The notes beneath the pieces are model-generated. The model worked only from the letters and a program-made list of their open reading frames with translations. It searched no databases and was not told the origin of the DNA. A stretch of 64,000 bases of DNA from an uncultured Gammaproteobacteria bacterium (GTDB taxonomy: Bacteria > Pseudomonadota > Gammaproteobacteria > DRLM01), in assembly GCA_963729605.1 (NCBI GenBank), contig CAVSNY010000004.1:64001-128000 (forward strand), written 5' to 3'. The position numbers were made by a program, and so were the translations under genes. Each line of letters begins with the position of its first letter. The stretch's first letter is position 1. This document shows positions 31,269-41,241 of this stretch, one piece after another.

Positions 31269-33017
31269 ATGGACAAACTCAATCGCATCCTCAGCCAACC
31301 GGAGGCGCAGGCCGCCACCTTGGTGGATTTGTTGCGGGAACGGGCGCGCTTCAGTCCCGCGCAACGCGCCTACACCTTCCTCCGCGACGGCGACGGCGCC
31401 GAGATCGGCATCACCTACGCCGAACTGGACGAAAAAGCCCGCGCCATCGCCGCGCATTTGCAGGCGCTGCATCTGACCGGCGAACGGGCGGTGCTGCTCT
31501 ATCAACCCGGCCTGGAATTCGTCGCGGGGTTTTTCGGTTGTCTCTACGCGGGCATGGTGGCGGTGCCGGTGTTCGCGCCGCGCCGCAACGCCTCCTTGGA
31601 TCGCGTGCATAAGGTCAGCATGGACGCCCGCGCCGCGGTGATGCTCACCACCCGTCCGGTGCTGGATAATCTCGATCAGGATTTACGCGAACTGCCCAAC
31701 GGCGGAACCAGCTTGTGGCTGGCCACCGATGAAATCCCGCTGGGCCTGGCCGCGCGTTGGGAAGACCGCGGCGTGTTCGCCGACAGCCTGGCCTTTCTGC
31801 AATACACCTCCGGTTCCACCGCGGCGCCGCGCGGCGTGATGCTCACCCACGGCAATCTCATGCACAACCTCGCGCTGATTTATCGCCGCTTCGGCGCCAA
31901 CAGCGAATCGCGCGGCGTGATCTGGCTGCCGCCGTATCACGACATGGGCTTGATCGGCGGCGTGCTGGTGCCTTTGTTCGGCGGTTTTCCGGTGGTGCTG
32001 ATGTCGCCGGTCACCGCGCTGCAACGGCCGATCCGCTGGTTGCAGGCGATTTCCAAATACCGCGCCACCATCAGCGGCGGTCCCAATTTCGCCTACGAGT
32101 TGTGCCTCAACAAGGTCACGCCCGAACAGCGCGAAGGCCTCGACCTCAGCAGCTGGCAAGTCGCCTTCAACGGCGCCGAACCGGTGCGCGCCGACACCCT
32201 GCATCGTTTCAGCCAGTTCTTCGATTCCTGCGGTTTCCGGCGGCAGGCCTTTTATCCCTGCTACGGCTTGGCGGAGGCCAGCCTGTTCGTCACCGGCAGC
32301 GCGCCCGATCAGGCACCGGTGATGGCGAGTTTCGACCGCCAATCGTTGGAACGAGGCGCGGCCCAGCCCGCGCTGGCGGGACACGCGGCGCAGGCCGGCC
32401 GCCGGCTGGTGAGTTCAGGACGGCCGTCGGCCAGCGAACAGGTGCTGATCGTCGATCCGGCCAGCGTCGCGCAGGCCCAGCCGTGCGCGGTGGGTGAAAT
32501 CTGGGTGGCGGGACCCAGCGTCGCCCGCGGTTATTGGAATCGCCCCGCCGAATCGGCGCACACCTTCGGCGCGCGGCTCGCCAACGGTGACGGCCCGTTC
32601 ATGCGCACCGGCGATCTCGGCTTCATCCAAGACGGCGAACTGTTCGTCACCGGCCGCTTGAAGGAAGTGATCATCATCCGCGGCCACAATCATTATCCGC
32701 AGGACATCGAACTCACCGCCGCCAACAGCCATCCACTGCTGCGCGCCGGCCGCGGCGCGGCCTTCGCCATCGAAAACGAGCAGGACGAACAGCTGGTGTT
32801 GATCCACGAAGTGGAACGCCGCCACGAGACCGCGCAATTGCCGGCGGCCCTCGCCGCCGCGCGCGCCGCCATCTCCGCCGAACATCAATTGCAGGTGCGC
32901 TCCATCGTATTGGTGAAGGCGGGCGTGGTGCCCATCACCTCCAGCGGCAAGGTGCAGCGCACCGCCTGTCGCAGTCTGTGGCAGGCCGGCGAATTGCCGG
33001 TGTTGATGGAGGCCTGA
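31269..33017 (+). CDS. Fatty acyl-AMP ligase (FAAL)
   Basis: LAFLQYTSGST, WLPPYHDMGLIG, GGPNFAYELC, NGAEP, YPCYGLAEA, RTGDLG, NHYPQDIE and TSSGKVQR motifs. Confidence 0.93.
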   Translation: MDKLNRILSQPEAQAATLVDLLRERARFSPAQRAYTFLRDGDGAEIGITYAELDEKARAIAAHLQALHLTGERAVLLYQPGLEFVAGFFGCLYAGMVAVPVFAPRRNASLDRVHKVSMDARAAVMLTTRPVLDNLDQDLRELPNGGTSLWLATDEIPLGLAARWEDRGVFADSLAFLQYTSGSTAAPRGVMLTHGNLMHNLALIYRRFGANSESRGVIWLPPYHDMGLIGGVLVPLFGGFPVVLMSPVTALQRPIRWLQAISKYRATISGGPNFAYELCLNKVTPEQREGLDLSSWQVAFNGAEPVRADTLHRFSQFFDSCGFRRQAFYPCYGLAEASLFVTGSAPDQAPVMASFDRQSLERGAAQPALAGHAAQAGRRLVSSGRPSASEQVLIVDPASVAQAQPCAVGEIWVAGPSVARGYWNRPAESAHTFGARLANGDGPFMRTGDLGFIQDGELFVTGRLKEVIIIRGHNHYPQDIELTAANSHPLLRAGRGAAFAIENEQDEQLVLIHEVERRHETAQLPAALAAARAAISAEHQLQVRSIVLVKAGVVPITSSGKVQRTACRSLWQAGELPVLMEA

Positions 33018-33020
33018 GTC

Positions 33021-34877
33021 ATGAAAATCGCCATTATTCAAAAGGACGATGCAATGGAAGCGCTTGAAGCATTGCCGCTGCAATACCGCGCCAGCGAGGA
33101 ACTGGAGGCCTTTCTCGGCGATCCCGCCAATCCGGCCAATGTCATGTCGTTTCACAATGTGATGGCCTGGGATGAACAAGAGGCCTTCCCGCAGGCGGCG
33201 GTGGATGAATTGTACCGCTTCGGCATGAATCACTATTACGTGCCGGCGGCTTACGGCGGACGTTTCACCTCGTATGAAGAATTTCAATCCCTGGCGCGGG
33301 TGGCGGCGCGGCGCGATCTCACCACCGCCATCACTTACAGCACCTTGATCTGGTCGACGCTGATTTGGGTGGGCGGCAGCGAACAACAAAAACATCGGCT
33401 GGCAAAATTGCTGCGCTGGACCAAGGACGCGCCGACCCTGGCCTATTCGGAAGAACAACACGGCGCCGACCTGGTCGCCAACGACATGAAGGCGGTGAAG
33501 ACCGAAGGCGGTTATCGCCTCAGCGGCGAGAAGTGGCCGATCAATCGCGCCACCCGCTCGGGCATCGTCGCGGTGCTGGCCAAGACCAGCAATGAACGGG
33601 ATACCCGCAGCCTCTCGCTGTTCATGCTGGAAAAGCGCGATCTCGATCCCGCCCAATATTCCAATCCGCCGCGGGTGAAGACCCTCGGCCTGCGCGGTTG
33701 CGACATCAGCGGCATTCGTTTTCATGATTGCCTGGTGCCGGAGAGCAGCCGGGTCGGCGCGGTGGGCGAGGGCTTGGAACTGGCGCTGCGCGCCTTTCAA
33801 GTGACGCGCACCCTGTGCGCCGGTTTGTCCCTGGCCGCGGCGGACACCGCGCTGCGGGTGACCGTGGATTTCGCCGTCAAACGCAAATTGTATGGCGGCA
33901 CGGTGTTCACCATCCCTATTGCGCGGCGGACCTTGAGCGACGCCTTCCTCGATATGCTGATCTGCGATTGCATGGCCACCGCCGCCGCGCGCGGTCTGCA
34001 TGTCTCCACCGAACAATTCAGCGTGTGGTCGGCGGTGGTGAAATATTTCGTGCCGGTCACCTTGGAGCGCGCCACCCAGCAATTGTCGGTGGTGTTGGGC
34101 GCCCGGCATTTCATCCGCGAACGCCACCACGCCGGCATCTTCCAAAAGATGCTGCGCGACGGCGGGGTGGTGAGCCTGTTCGACGGCAGCACCCAAGTCT
34201 GCTTGCACGCGCTGGGCCTGCAACTGCGCCATTTGGTGAAGACCCGCCGCCGCGAACAAGACGGCGACGACACGGCGCGCAATGCACGCTTGACCACGAT
34301 ATTTTCCCTCGACGAGACGCTGCCGGTGTTTGACGGTGGCAGGCTCGATCTATTCAGCCGCGGCCACGACGATGTGATGCAGGGTCTGCTCGCCGCCGTC
34401 ACCGCGATACGCGACTTGCATGACGCCGACGGCGTGGAACCCGCGCTGCTCGGTCATTTGCAGCATTTGGCCGGTCTCGCCGCCGAAGCCTTGCACGATT
34501 TCGACGGCGCGGTGGATGCGGCCGCGGCGGCCGGTCTGCATCCCCAGTCGCCGGAACTTTTCGATTTGGCCGCGCGTTACGCCACGCTCCACGCCGCCGC
34601 GGCCTGCATGTCGATGTGGCTGCACAACCGCGCGCGGCTCGATGCCTTCTTCGCGGACGGGGCCTGGCTGGTGCTGGCCCTCGAGCGCCTGCTGAGCCGG
34701 TTGCGCCCGCTCCATCTGCAATTGCCCGAGTCGTATCGTCAGCGTGTCGCGGACCGCCTGGCGGAATTGTTCAACGAAAATCGTCTTTTTTCCATCGTAC
34801 CACTCGCGTTGGCCAAGACCGAGGTCACGGCCGACTCAACGCAAAAGGAGGATAGTCATGAGCGCCAATGCAATTAG
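33021..34877 (+). CDS. Acyl-CoA/acyl-ACP dehydrogenase family protein
   Basis: YSEEQHGADL, LSGEKWPINRATR, KTLGLRGCDISG and SLFDGST motifs plus a C-terminal extension; lies between FAAL and ACP. Confidence 0.88.
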   Translation: MKIAIIQKDDAMEALEALPLQYRASEELEAFLGDPANPANVMSFHNVMAWDEQEAFPQAAVDELYRFGMNHYYVPAAYGGRFTSYEEFQSLARVAARRDLTTAITYSTLIWSTLIWVGGSEQQKHRLAKLLRWTKDAPTLAYSEEQHGADLVANDMKAVKTEGGYRLSGEKWPINRATRSGIVAVLAKTSNERDTRSLSLFMLEKRDLDPAQYSNPPRVKTLGLRGCDISGIRFHDCLVPESSRVGAVGEGLELALRAFQVTRTLCAGLSLAAADTALRVTVDFAVKRKLYGGTVFTIPIARRTLSDAFLDMLICDCMATAAARGLHVSTEQFSVWSAVVKYFVPVTLERATQQLSVVLGARHFIRERHHAGIFQKMLRDGGVVSLFDGSTQVCLHALGLQLRHLVKTRRREQDGDDTARNARLTTIFSLDETLPVFDGGRLDLFSRGHDDVMQGLLAAVTAIRDLHDADGVEPALLGHLQHLAGLAAEALHDFDGAVDAAAAAGLHPQSPELFDLAARYATLHAAAACMSMWLHNRARLDAFFADGAWLVLALERLLSRLRPLHLQLPESYRQRVADRLAELFNENRLFSIVPLALAKTEVTADSTQKEDSHERQCN

Positions 34878-35283
34878 AAAGAGCCACGATCTCGAAACCG
34901 AAACCCTCGCGCAACAATTGGAACTTGCCTTGACCGGCATGTTGGCCAAGACCCTGCGCATCGCCGCCGCCGAGATCGACGTCGACCGGCCCTTGCCGCA
35001 CTACGGCTTGGATTCGATAGACGCGGTCACCCTCGCCGGCGACTTGGAGGACTGGTTGAACATCGAATTGCCTTCCACCTTGTTGTGGGACTACCCGACG
35101 GTGGCCGCCATCGCCGGGTTCTTGGAAGAACAGTTGGAAGCCATGCCCGAGGTGAAGGCCAAGCTGGCCGGTGTCGAGGGCGGAAAAAAGACGCAGCGTC
35201 TCGTCCATGAAGATGAGTTGGACGATTTGGACAGGCTCGATCCTGTTCAAATGGACGAGCTGCTGGGTCAACTGATTCCATAA
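34858..35283 (+). CDS. Acyl carrier protein with acidic C-terminal docking-like tail
   Basis: AAGGAGG RBS; YGLDSIDAV phosphopantetheine site; LLWDYPTVAAIA. Confidence 0.9.
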   Translation: MSANAIRKSHDLETETLAQQLELALTGMLAKTLRIAAAEIDVDRPLPHYGLDSIDAVTLAGDLEDWLNIELPSTLLWDYPTVAAIAGFLEEQLEAMPEVKAKLAGVEGGKKTQRLVHEDELDDLDRLDPVQMDELLGQLIP

Positions 35284-35295
35284 AGAGGGGATGTC

Positions 35296-38200
35296 ATGAA
35301 AAGCGAGGCCGTACAAACTAGCTACGCCGCCAAGGCGCGGATCGCCGAAACGGCGCGGACCGTGAGCCTGCCGCTGGCGGATGTGCAGCGCGGCTTGTGG
35401 TTCGTGCAGCAGGTGGCTCCGGACAACGCCGCTTACAATCTGGTCTTCGCCGCGCGGGTGATTTCCGCCGTCGATGAGGCGGCGTTCACAACGGCGTTGC
35501 AAGCGCTGGTCGATCGCCACGCCGCCTTGCGGACCCGCTTCGTGGCGGATGGCGCCGGCGTGCCGCGGCAGGAAGTGTTGCCGGCGGTGGAGATGGACAG
35601 TGCGATCATCGCGGCGGCGGGCTGGGATGATGAAAAGCTGCGCGCACGCGCCGTCGCCGAGACTCAACGGCCCTTTGACCTCGCCCGCGCGCCGCTGCTG
35701 CGGGTGCGGCTGTTTCAGCGCGGCCCGCGGGATGCCTTGCTGGTGTGGACCGCCCATCACATCGCCGTGGATTTCTGGTCGCTGGCGGTGTTGTTGGACG
35801 AGTTCCGGCAAGTCTATCAAGGACTGTCCGCGGGCCGCGCGGTGAGTCTGCCGCCTTTGGTCAGTGATTATCCGCTTTATGTGCAACGCCAGGCGGAGAT
35901 GCTGGCGAGTGCGGCGGGGACGCGTTTGTGGGACTACTGGCGCGAATCCTTGAGCGGCGATTTGCCGGTGCTCAATCTCGCCGGCGATCATCCGCGCCCG
36001 CCCGTGCGGACCTATCGCGGCGCCTCGCTGGGTTTTCATCTCGACGCGGATTCGACCGCCGCGCTGCACGGCCTGGCCCGCGCCGAGGGCGTCACCTTGT
36101 ACGTGCTGCTGCTGGCGGCCTATTACGCCTTGCTGCATCGTTATACCGGGCAGGACGACATCCTGGTGGGTTCGCCGGTGGCGGGCCGCTTGCACAAGGA
36201 TTTTCGCCGTACCGTCGGTCATTTCGTGAACACGGTCGTCTTGCGCGGCGCGGTGGACGGCGACATGGCGTTTCGCGAATTGGTACGGCGGACCCGCGAT
36301 CACGTCGCGGACGCGCTGCGTCATCAGGAATACCCTTTTGCGTTGCTGGTGGAGAAGCGGGTGCCGGAACGCGACCTCAGCCGTCCGCCGTTATTTCAAG
36401 CCGCGTTTTCCTGGGAACGGCTGCCGCAGTTCCAGGAATTGGCCTCGTTTTTTTCCTTGTCGGATGAGCCGGCGGAGGCCGTGGAGTTCGGCGGCTTGAC
36501 GCTGCTGCCTTTCCCGCTGCCTCAGCAGGAAGGCCAAGTGGATCTGGCCTTGGAGATGGGCGGCGAATCCGCTGGCGAATTATTCGGCGTGTGGAAATAC
36601 GACAGCGCCTTGTTCGCGGCGGAGACCGTCGCCGCGCTGGCCGGCCAGTTCGCCGAGTTGTTGCGCGGCGTGGTGGCCGACCCGGTGCAAACGGCGGCGC
36701 GGCTGCCCTTGCTCAGCGGCGCGGAGCGCGAACGGGTATTGGTGGAATGGAATCGCAGCGAGCAGGTGTCGCCCGCCGCGCGCACCGTCCATGAATTGGT
36801 GGAAGAACAAGTGGCGCGCAGCCCGGACAAGACCGCGGTGATCGGCGGCGAGCAGACCTTCAGTTACCGGGTGTTGAACCAGCGCGCCAATCAGCTCGCC
36901 CATTATCTGATCGAGGGCGGCGCGGCCGCCGGCCAGCACATCGGTATTTGCAGCGCGCGCAGCGCCGACATGCTGGTGGCCATGCTGGCGGTGCTGAAGA
37001 CCGGCGCCACTTATGTGCCTCTCGACCCCGCCTTCCCCCGCGAACGTTTGAGCATGATGATGGAGGATGCGGCGATCGCGCTGGTGCTTACTCACGAGTC
37101 GGTGTGGGAAACGCTGGCGCTGCCGGCGGCGCACGCGCTGTTGCTCGATCGCGATTGGCCGGAGATCGCCACCTTCGCCGCGCACAATCCGCGCCGCATT
37201 GTCACGCCGCTGTCACCCGCCTATGTTATCTACACCTCCGGTTCCACCGGCAAACCGAAAGGCGTGGCGGTGCCGCACGGGGCGGTGGTGAATTTTCTCG
37301 CGAGCATGGCCCGCGAACCCGGCATGGGCGCGGAGGATGTGATGTTGGCGGTTACCACGCTGTCATTTGATATCGCGGTGTTGGAATTGCTGTTGCCGCT
37401 CACAGTGGGTGCCACGACGGTGATTGCCAGCCGCGAAGTCAGCAGCGATGCGCAACGCCTGGAAGAGATGATAGAGAGCAGCGGCGCTACTTTGATGCAA
37501 GCCACCCCCGCCACCTGGCGCATGCTGTTGTCCAACGGCTGGCGGGGATGCGCGAGGCTCACCGCGCTGTGCGGCGGCGAAGCCTTGTCCCGCCAATTGG
37601 CGGATGCCTTATTGCTACGGGTCGCGGCGCTGTGGAATATGTACGGCCCCACCGAGACCACGGTGTGGTCGACGCTGATGCGGATCGAACCCGGCGCGGA
37701 CGCCGTCGCCATCGGCCGGCCCATCGCCAACACCCAGATTTATGTCGTCGACGGGGCCATGCAACCGGTGCCGCCCGGCGTGCCGGGGGAGTTGTGCATC
37801 GGCGGCGCGGGCGTCGCGCTCGGTTATTTGAATCGTCCGGAATTGACCGCGGAGAAATTCATCGCCGATCCCTACGCGGGCGGCGCGGCGCGCCTCTACA
37901 AGACCGGTGACCTCGCCCGTTGGCGGCGTGACGGCACGCTCGAATGCCTCGGCCGTCTGGATCATCAAGTGAAGCTGCGCGGTTTTCGCATCGAGCTGGG
38001 CGAGATCGAAACTCAACTCTGTCGCCATCCTTCGGTGCGACAGGCGGTGGTGATGGTGCGCGAGGACCGTCCGGGTGATCAGCGCCTGGCCGCTTACGTG
38101 GTGGGCGTGAACGAGGATATCTCCGTTGCCGCGCTCAAGGCCCATCTGGCCGAAACCTTGCCCGGTTATATGTTGCCGAGTCACATCGTCGTGTTGACGG

Positions 38201-39366
38201 AATTTCCCCTCACGCCCAACGGCAAGGTCAACCGGCGCGCGCTGCCGGCGCCGGCGGACGGCATGCACGGCGCGGCCGGCGATGTCGTCGCGCCGCGCGA
38301 CCGCGACGAGATTCAACTTGCCAGCTTGTGGGAACAACTCTTGGGCATGCACCCTGTCGGCGTCAATCAAAACTTTTTCGATTTGGGCGGACACTCCTTG
38401 CTGGCGGTGCAATTGGTGGCGGGCATCCGCGAGCGTTTCGGCGTGGAGTTGCCGGTGTCGGTCTTGTTCCAGCACAACACGGTGGAGGCGCTGGCGCGCC
38501 TGCTGCGCGGACATAGCGGCGAGACGGCCGCTGTTACACCGCTGGTGCCGTTGCGCGGCAGCGGCGATTTGCCGCCGTTTTTCTTCATGCACCCCATCGG
38601 CGGCACGGTGTTTTGTTATCTGGCCTTGACCCGTCATCTCGATGCGCGCCGGCCGGTGTACGCCCTGCAATCCCCCGGCCTGGAAGACGCGAGCCTCGCC
38701 GAGGTGAGCGTGCCCGATCTGGCGCGCCGTTATCTGGAGATCATCCGCGCCCAGCAGCCGCAGGGGCCGTATCACGTGGGCGGTTGGTGCTTCGGCGGCT
38801 TGATCGCCTTCGAGGCGGCGCGGCAATTGGAAGCGGCCGGCGCAGAGGTCGCGGAGCTGGTGATGTTCGACACCCGCGCGCCGATCGCCGAGAACGCGCC
38901 CGCCGACGCCGACGACGCCACCTTGCTGTCGTGGTTCGCCCGCGACCTCGCCGTGCCTTACGGTAAGACCCTCGCCATCGCGCCGGAAGAATTGCGGGCG
39001 GTGGACGGCGAGGGGATGTTCGACTACGTGCTGCAACGCGCCCGCGAGATCGAGGTCCTGCCGCACGACGCCGACACCGCCCGTTTGTATCGTTATTTCG
39101 AGGTGTATCTCGCCAACGGCATCGCCCTGCAAACCTACGAGTCCGGCGATTACGCGGGCCCCATGCGCTTGCTGCGCGCCGCGGATGAGCCGGTGGATTA
39201 CGGTCCATTGTTGGGCTGGGACAAGGTGGTGTCGCGGCCTTTCACGCTCGCGGCGGTGCCGGGTGATCACAACTCCATGATGTACGAACCCCATGTGCAA
39301 GCCCTGGCGCGACACCTGAACGAAATGGGATCGCGGGTGGAGCCGCGCCAAGCCCTGGCGAGTTGA
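35296..39366 (+). CDS. Single-module NRPS C-A-T-TE, predicted glycine-activating
   Basis: C domain HHIAVDF. A domain YTSGSTGKPKG, FDIAVLE and NMYGPTETTVW. T domain FFDLGGHSLL. TE domain HPIGG, GWCFG and GDHNSM. Specificity residues read DILQLGMVWK. Confidence 0.95.
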   Translation: MKSEAVQTSYAAKARIAETARTVSLPLADVQRGLWFVQQVAPDNAAYNLVFAARVISAVDEAAFTTALQALVDRHAALRTRFVADGAGVPRQEVLPAVEMDSAIIAAAGWDDEKLRARAVAETQRPFDLARAPLLRVRLFQRGPRDALLVWTAHHIAVDFWSLAVLLDEFRQVYQGLSAGRAVSLPPLVSDYPLYVQRQAEMLASAAGTRLWDYWRESLSGDLPVLNLAGDHPRPPVRTYRGASLGFHLDADSTAALHGLARAEGVTLYVLLLAAYYALLHRYTGQDDILVGSPVAGRLHKDFRRTVGHFVNTVVLRGAVDGDMAFRELVRRTRDHVADALRHQEYPFALLVEKRVPERDLSRPPLFQAAFSWERLPQFQELASFFSLSDEPAEAVEFGGLTLLPFPLPQQEGQVDLALEMGGESAGELFGVWKYDSALFAAETVAALAGQFAELLRGVVADPVQTAARLPLLSGAERERVLVEWNRSEQVSPAARTVHELVEEQVARSPDKTAVIGGEQTFSYRVLNQRANQLAHYLIEGGAAAGQHIGICSARSADMLVAMLAVLKTGATYVPLDPAFPRERLSMMMEDAAIALVLTHESVWETLALPAAHALLLDRDWPEIATFAAHNPRRIVTPLSPAYVIYTSGSTGKPKGVAVPHGAVVNFLASMAREPGMGAEDVMLAVTTLSFDIAVLELLLPLTVGATTVIASREVSSDAQRLEEMIESSGATLMQATPATWRMLLSNGWRGCARLTALCGGEALSRQLADALLLRVAALWNMYGPTETTVWSTLMRIEPGADAVAIGRPIANTQIYVVDGAMQPVPPGVPGELCIGGAGVALGYLNRPELTAEKFIADPYAGGAARLYKTGDLARWRRDGTLECLGRLDHQVKLRGFRIELGEIETQLCRHPSVRQAVVMVREDRPGDQRLAAYVVGVNEDISVAALKAHLAETLPGYMLPSHIVVLTEFPLTPNGKVNRRALPAPADGMHGAAGDVVAPRDRDEIQLASLWEQLLGMHPVGVNQNFFDLGGHSLLAVQLVAGIRERFGVELPVSVLFQHNTVEALARLLRGHSGETAAVTPLVPLRGSGDLPPFFFMHPIGGTVFCYLALTRHLDARRPVYALQSPGLEDASLAEVSVPDLARRYLEIIRAQQPQGPYHVGGWCFGGLIAFEAARQLEAAGAEVAELVMFDTRAPIAENAPADADDATLLSWFARDLAVPYGKTLAIAPEELRAVDGEGMFDYVLQRAREIEVLPHDADTARLYRYFEVYLANGIALQTYESGDYAGPMRLLRAADEPVDYGPLLGWDKVVSRPFTLAAVPGDHNSMMYEPHVQALARHLNEMGSRVEPRQALAS

Positions 39367-39428
39367 CCGGCGCGATTATCGAGTTCATTAATCATTTTAT
39401 TTATTCATTCATTGAAAGGAGCGCGATC

Positions 39429-39887
39429 ATGATCAAGGTGGAATACAGTTATCTCGTCAACAGCCCGGTGGATTTTGTCTTCTCGTACATCAGCAATCCG
39501 CTCAACGATCAATATTGGCAGGCGTCCTGCTTAAGGGTCGAGCTGGATGAACCCGGCGTGCCGCTGGGCGAGGGTTCGCAATATGCGATCCATTTCCAGT
39601 TTCTCGGCCGCGATATGCCCTTCACCTCGGTGGTCACCGACTATGAACCGTTTCAGCGTTACGGCTATGAAACCCTGAGCGGTCCCATGCATTTCAAAGG
39701 CAGTTATCGCTTCACCCCGCTGGGCCACAGCACCCAGATCGATTGGACCTTCGAATCGGAGCCCGGCGGTTTCTTCGGCATCATCCCGCGCAGCCTGCTG
39801 AAAAAGGTCTTGGCCAAACAGGTGGAAGGGGACATCGCGCGGTTGATCGGCATACTCGGCGCGCATCGTACGGTGAGTTATGCCTGA
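39429..39887 (+). CDS. SRPBCC/START-fold (polyketide cyclase/dehydrase-like) protein
   Basis: GAAAGGAG RBS; VFSYISNPLND.YW, VTDYEPF and YRFTP..ST.I.W motifs, with a C-terminal helix. Confidence 0.82.
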   Translation: MIKVEYSYLVNSPVDFVFSYISNPLNDQYWQASCLRVELDEPGVPLGEGSQYAIHFQFLGRDMPFTSVVTDYEPFQRYGYETLSGPMHFKGSYRFTPLGHSTQIDWTFESEPGGFFGIIPRSLLKKVLAKQVEGDIARLIGILGAHRTVSYA

Positions 39888-40635
39888 GGCGGCGCCTACC
39901 GGGCCGGTGTTCGGCGCACGCCTGGTGTGCGCCGAAGGCGAGGTGCGGGTGTGGTATGGCGATCTGAATCGCGCCGCTGAATACCACGCGGAATTTTACG
40001 CGCTGCTCAGTGAGGATGAACGTCGGCGTGCGTCGCAATTCAATGAAGCACGGCAGCGCGGGTACTTTGTCGCCGGTCGCGGCCTGTTGCGCGAGATACT
40101 GGGCCGCTATGTGAACCTCGCCGGAGGCGACTTGCGATTTTGTTACGGGCCGCGCGGCAAGCCTCTTTTGTTGGATGATGACGGCGGATCGCCCGTGTAT
40201 TTCAATCTGGCCCATAGCGGCGGACATTGGGTGCTGGCGGTCACCGCGATAGGCGAGATCGGAGTCGATATCGAACGGCCGCGCGCCGACCTGGACTCGG
40301 AGAAAATGGCCCGTTATATCTGCACGCCCCGCGAACGGGCCGCTTGGCGGGGCTTGCCGGCCGCGCAGCGGCCGGGAAATTTATTGCGTTGCTGGACCCG
40401 CAAGGAAGCCTATTTAAAGGCCAGCGGACTCGGGTTGGCGCAACGTCTGAATGAGCTGGATGTGAGCGGCGAACGGCCGCGCGTTGCCGGCGATGAGACG
40501 CGCCGTCGCTGGAGTTTGCATGATTTTGAATTCGCCGGCGGCGGTGTGGGCGCACTCGCGGTCGCCGGTCCCGTCGAAGTTATTCATCATGAAGATTGGG
40601 GGAAGGAAGTTGCGCCGCGTGACGGGCTTGTTTAA
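39880..40635 (+). CDS. Sfp-type 4'-phosphopantetheinyl transferase
   Basis: LLSEDERRRA, GPRGKP, FNLAHSG, IGVDIE and WTRKEAYLKASG motifs. Confidence 0.93.
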   Translation: MPEAAPTGPVFGARLVCAEGEVRVWYGDLNRAAEYHAEFYALLSEDERRRASQFNEARQRGYFVAGRGLLREILGRYVNLAGGDLRFCYGPRGKPLLLDDDGGSPVYFNLAHSGGHWVLAVTAIGEIGVDIERPRADLDSEKMARYICTPRERAAWRGLPAAQRPGNLLRCWTRKEAYLKASGLGLAQRLNELDVSGERPRVAGDETRRRWSLHDFEFAGGGVGALAVAGPVEVIHHEDWGKEVAPRDGLV

Positions 40636-40673
40636 GGTGTCCGCTAGGCGCGGCAATTGGACAAGGAGAGGTC

Positions 40674-40943
40674 ATGGCGGTATGCAGGCGGTGTTATGTA
40701 TCAGGTCAGGTGCAAGGGGTGTTTTACCGCCGTTCGACGCAGGACAAGGCCCGCGAGCTGGGCGTGAGCGGCTATGCCCGTAATCTCTCCGACGGCCGTG
40801 TGGACGTGTTGGCGTGCGGTGAAAATGCCGCGGTGGACGCCTTGTGCGCCTGGTTGTGGCAAGGTCCGCCGCGGGCACAGGTGAGCGATGTCACCTGCAT
40901 GGACGTCGAAGTGGAAGCGCCGTCCTCTTTCATCGTCGATTAG
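40674..40943 (+). CDS. acyP: Acylphosphatase
   Basis: VSGQVQGVFYR, GYARNLSDGRV and WLWQGPPRAQV motifs. Confidence 0.93.
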   Translation: MAVCRRCYVSGQVQGVFYRRSTQDKARELGVSGYARNLSDGRVDVLACGENAAVDALCAWLWQGPPRAQVSDVTCMDVEVEAPSSFIVD

Positions 40944-41241
40944 AGGGAATACCGGACAAATAATCCGGCTGGCCGATGGCCATTTACGGCCTGTCTCAAA
41001 ATCGGCATTGAGAATCACCGCTCCGCATCCTTGTCCGTGAGCGCCGATTATCTTTCCGAGTAGTACGAAATGTGAACGACAGGCCTTTAATCGACTTGAA
41101 GGCACGTTCAATGTCGAGGGCTTGAATAACCCGTGCCGGTCCAGCCTCGGCCGTTGATATCGAAAATCTCAAGGTAGGACTCCCTCTCCGCGAGAGAGGG
41201 AGTAAACAGGAACGGCGTCGCGGAGGATTTAGCGCGGGCCG

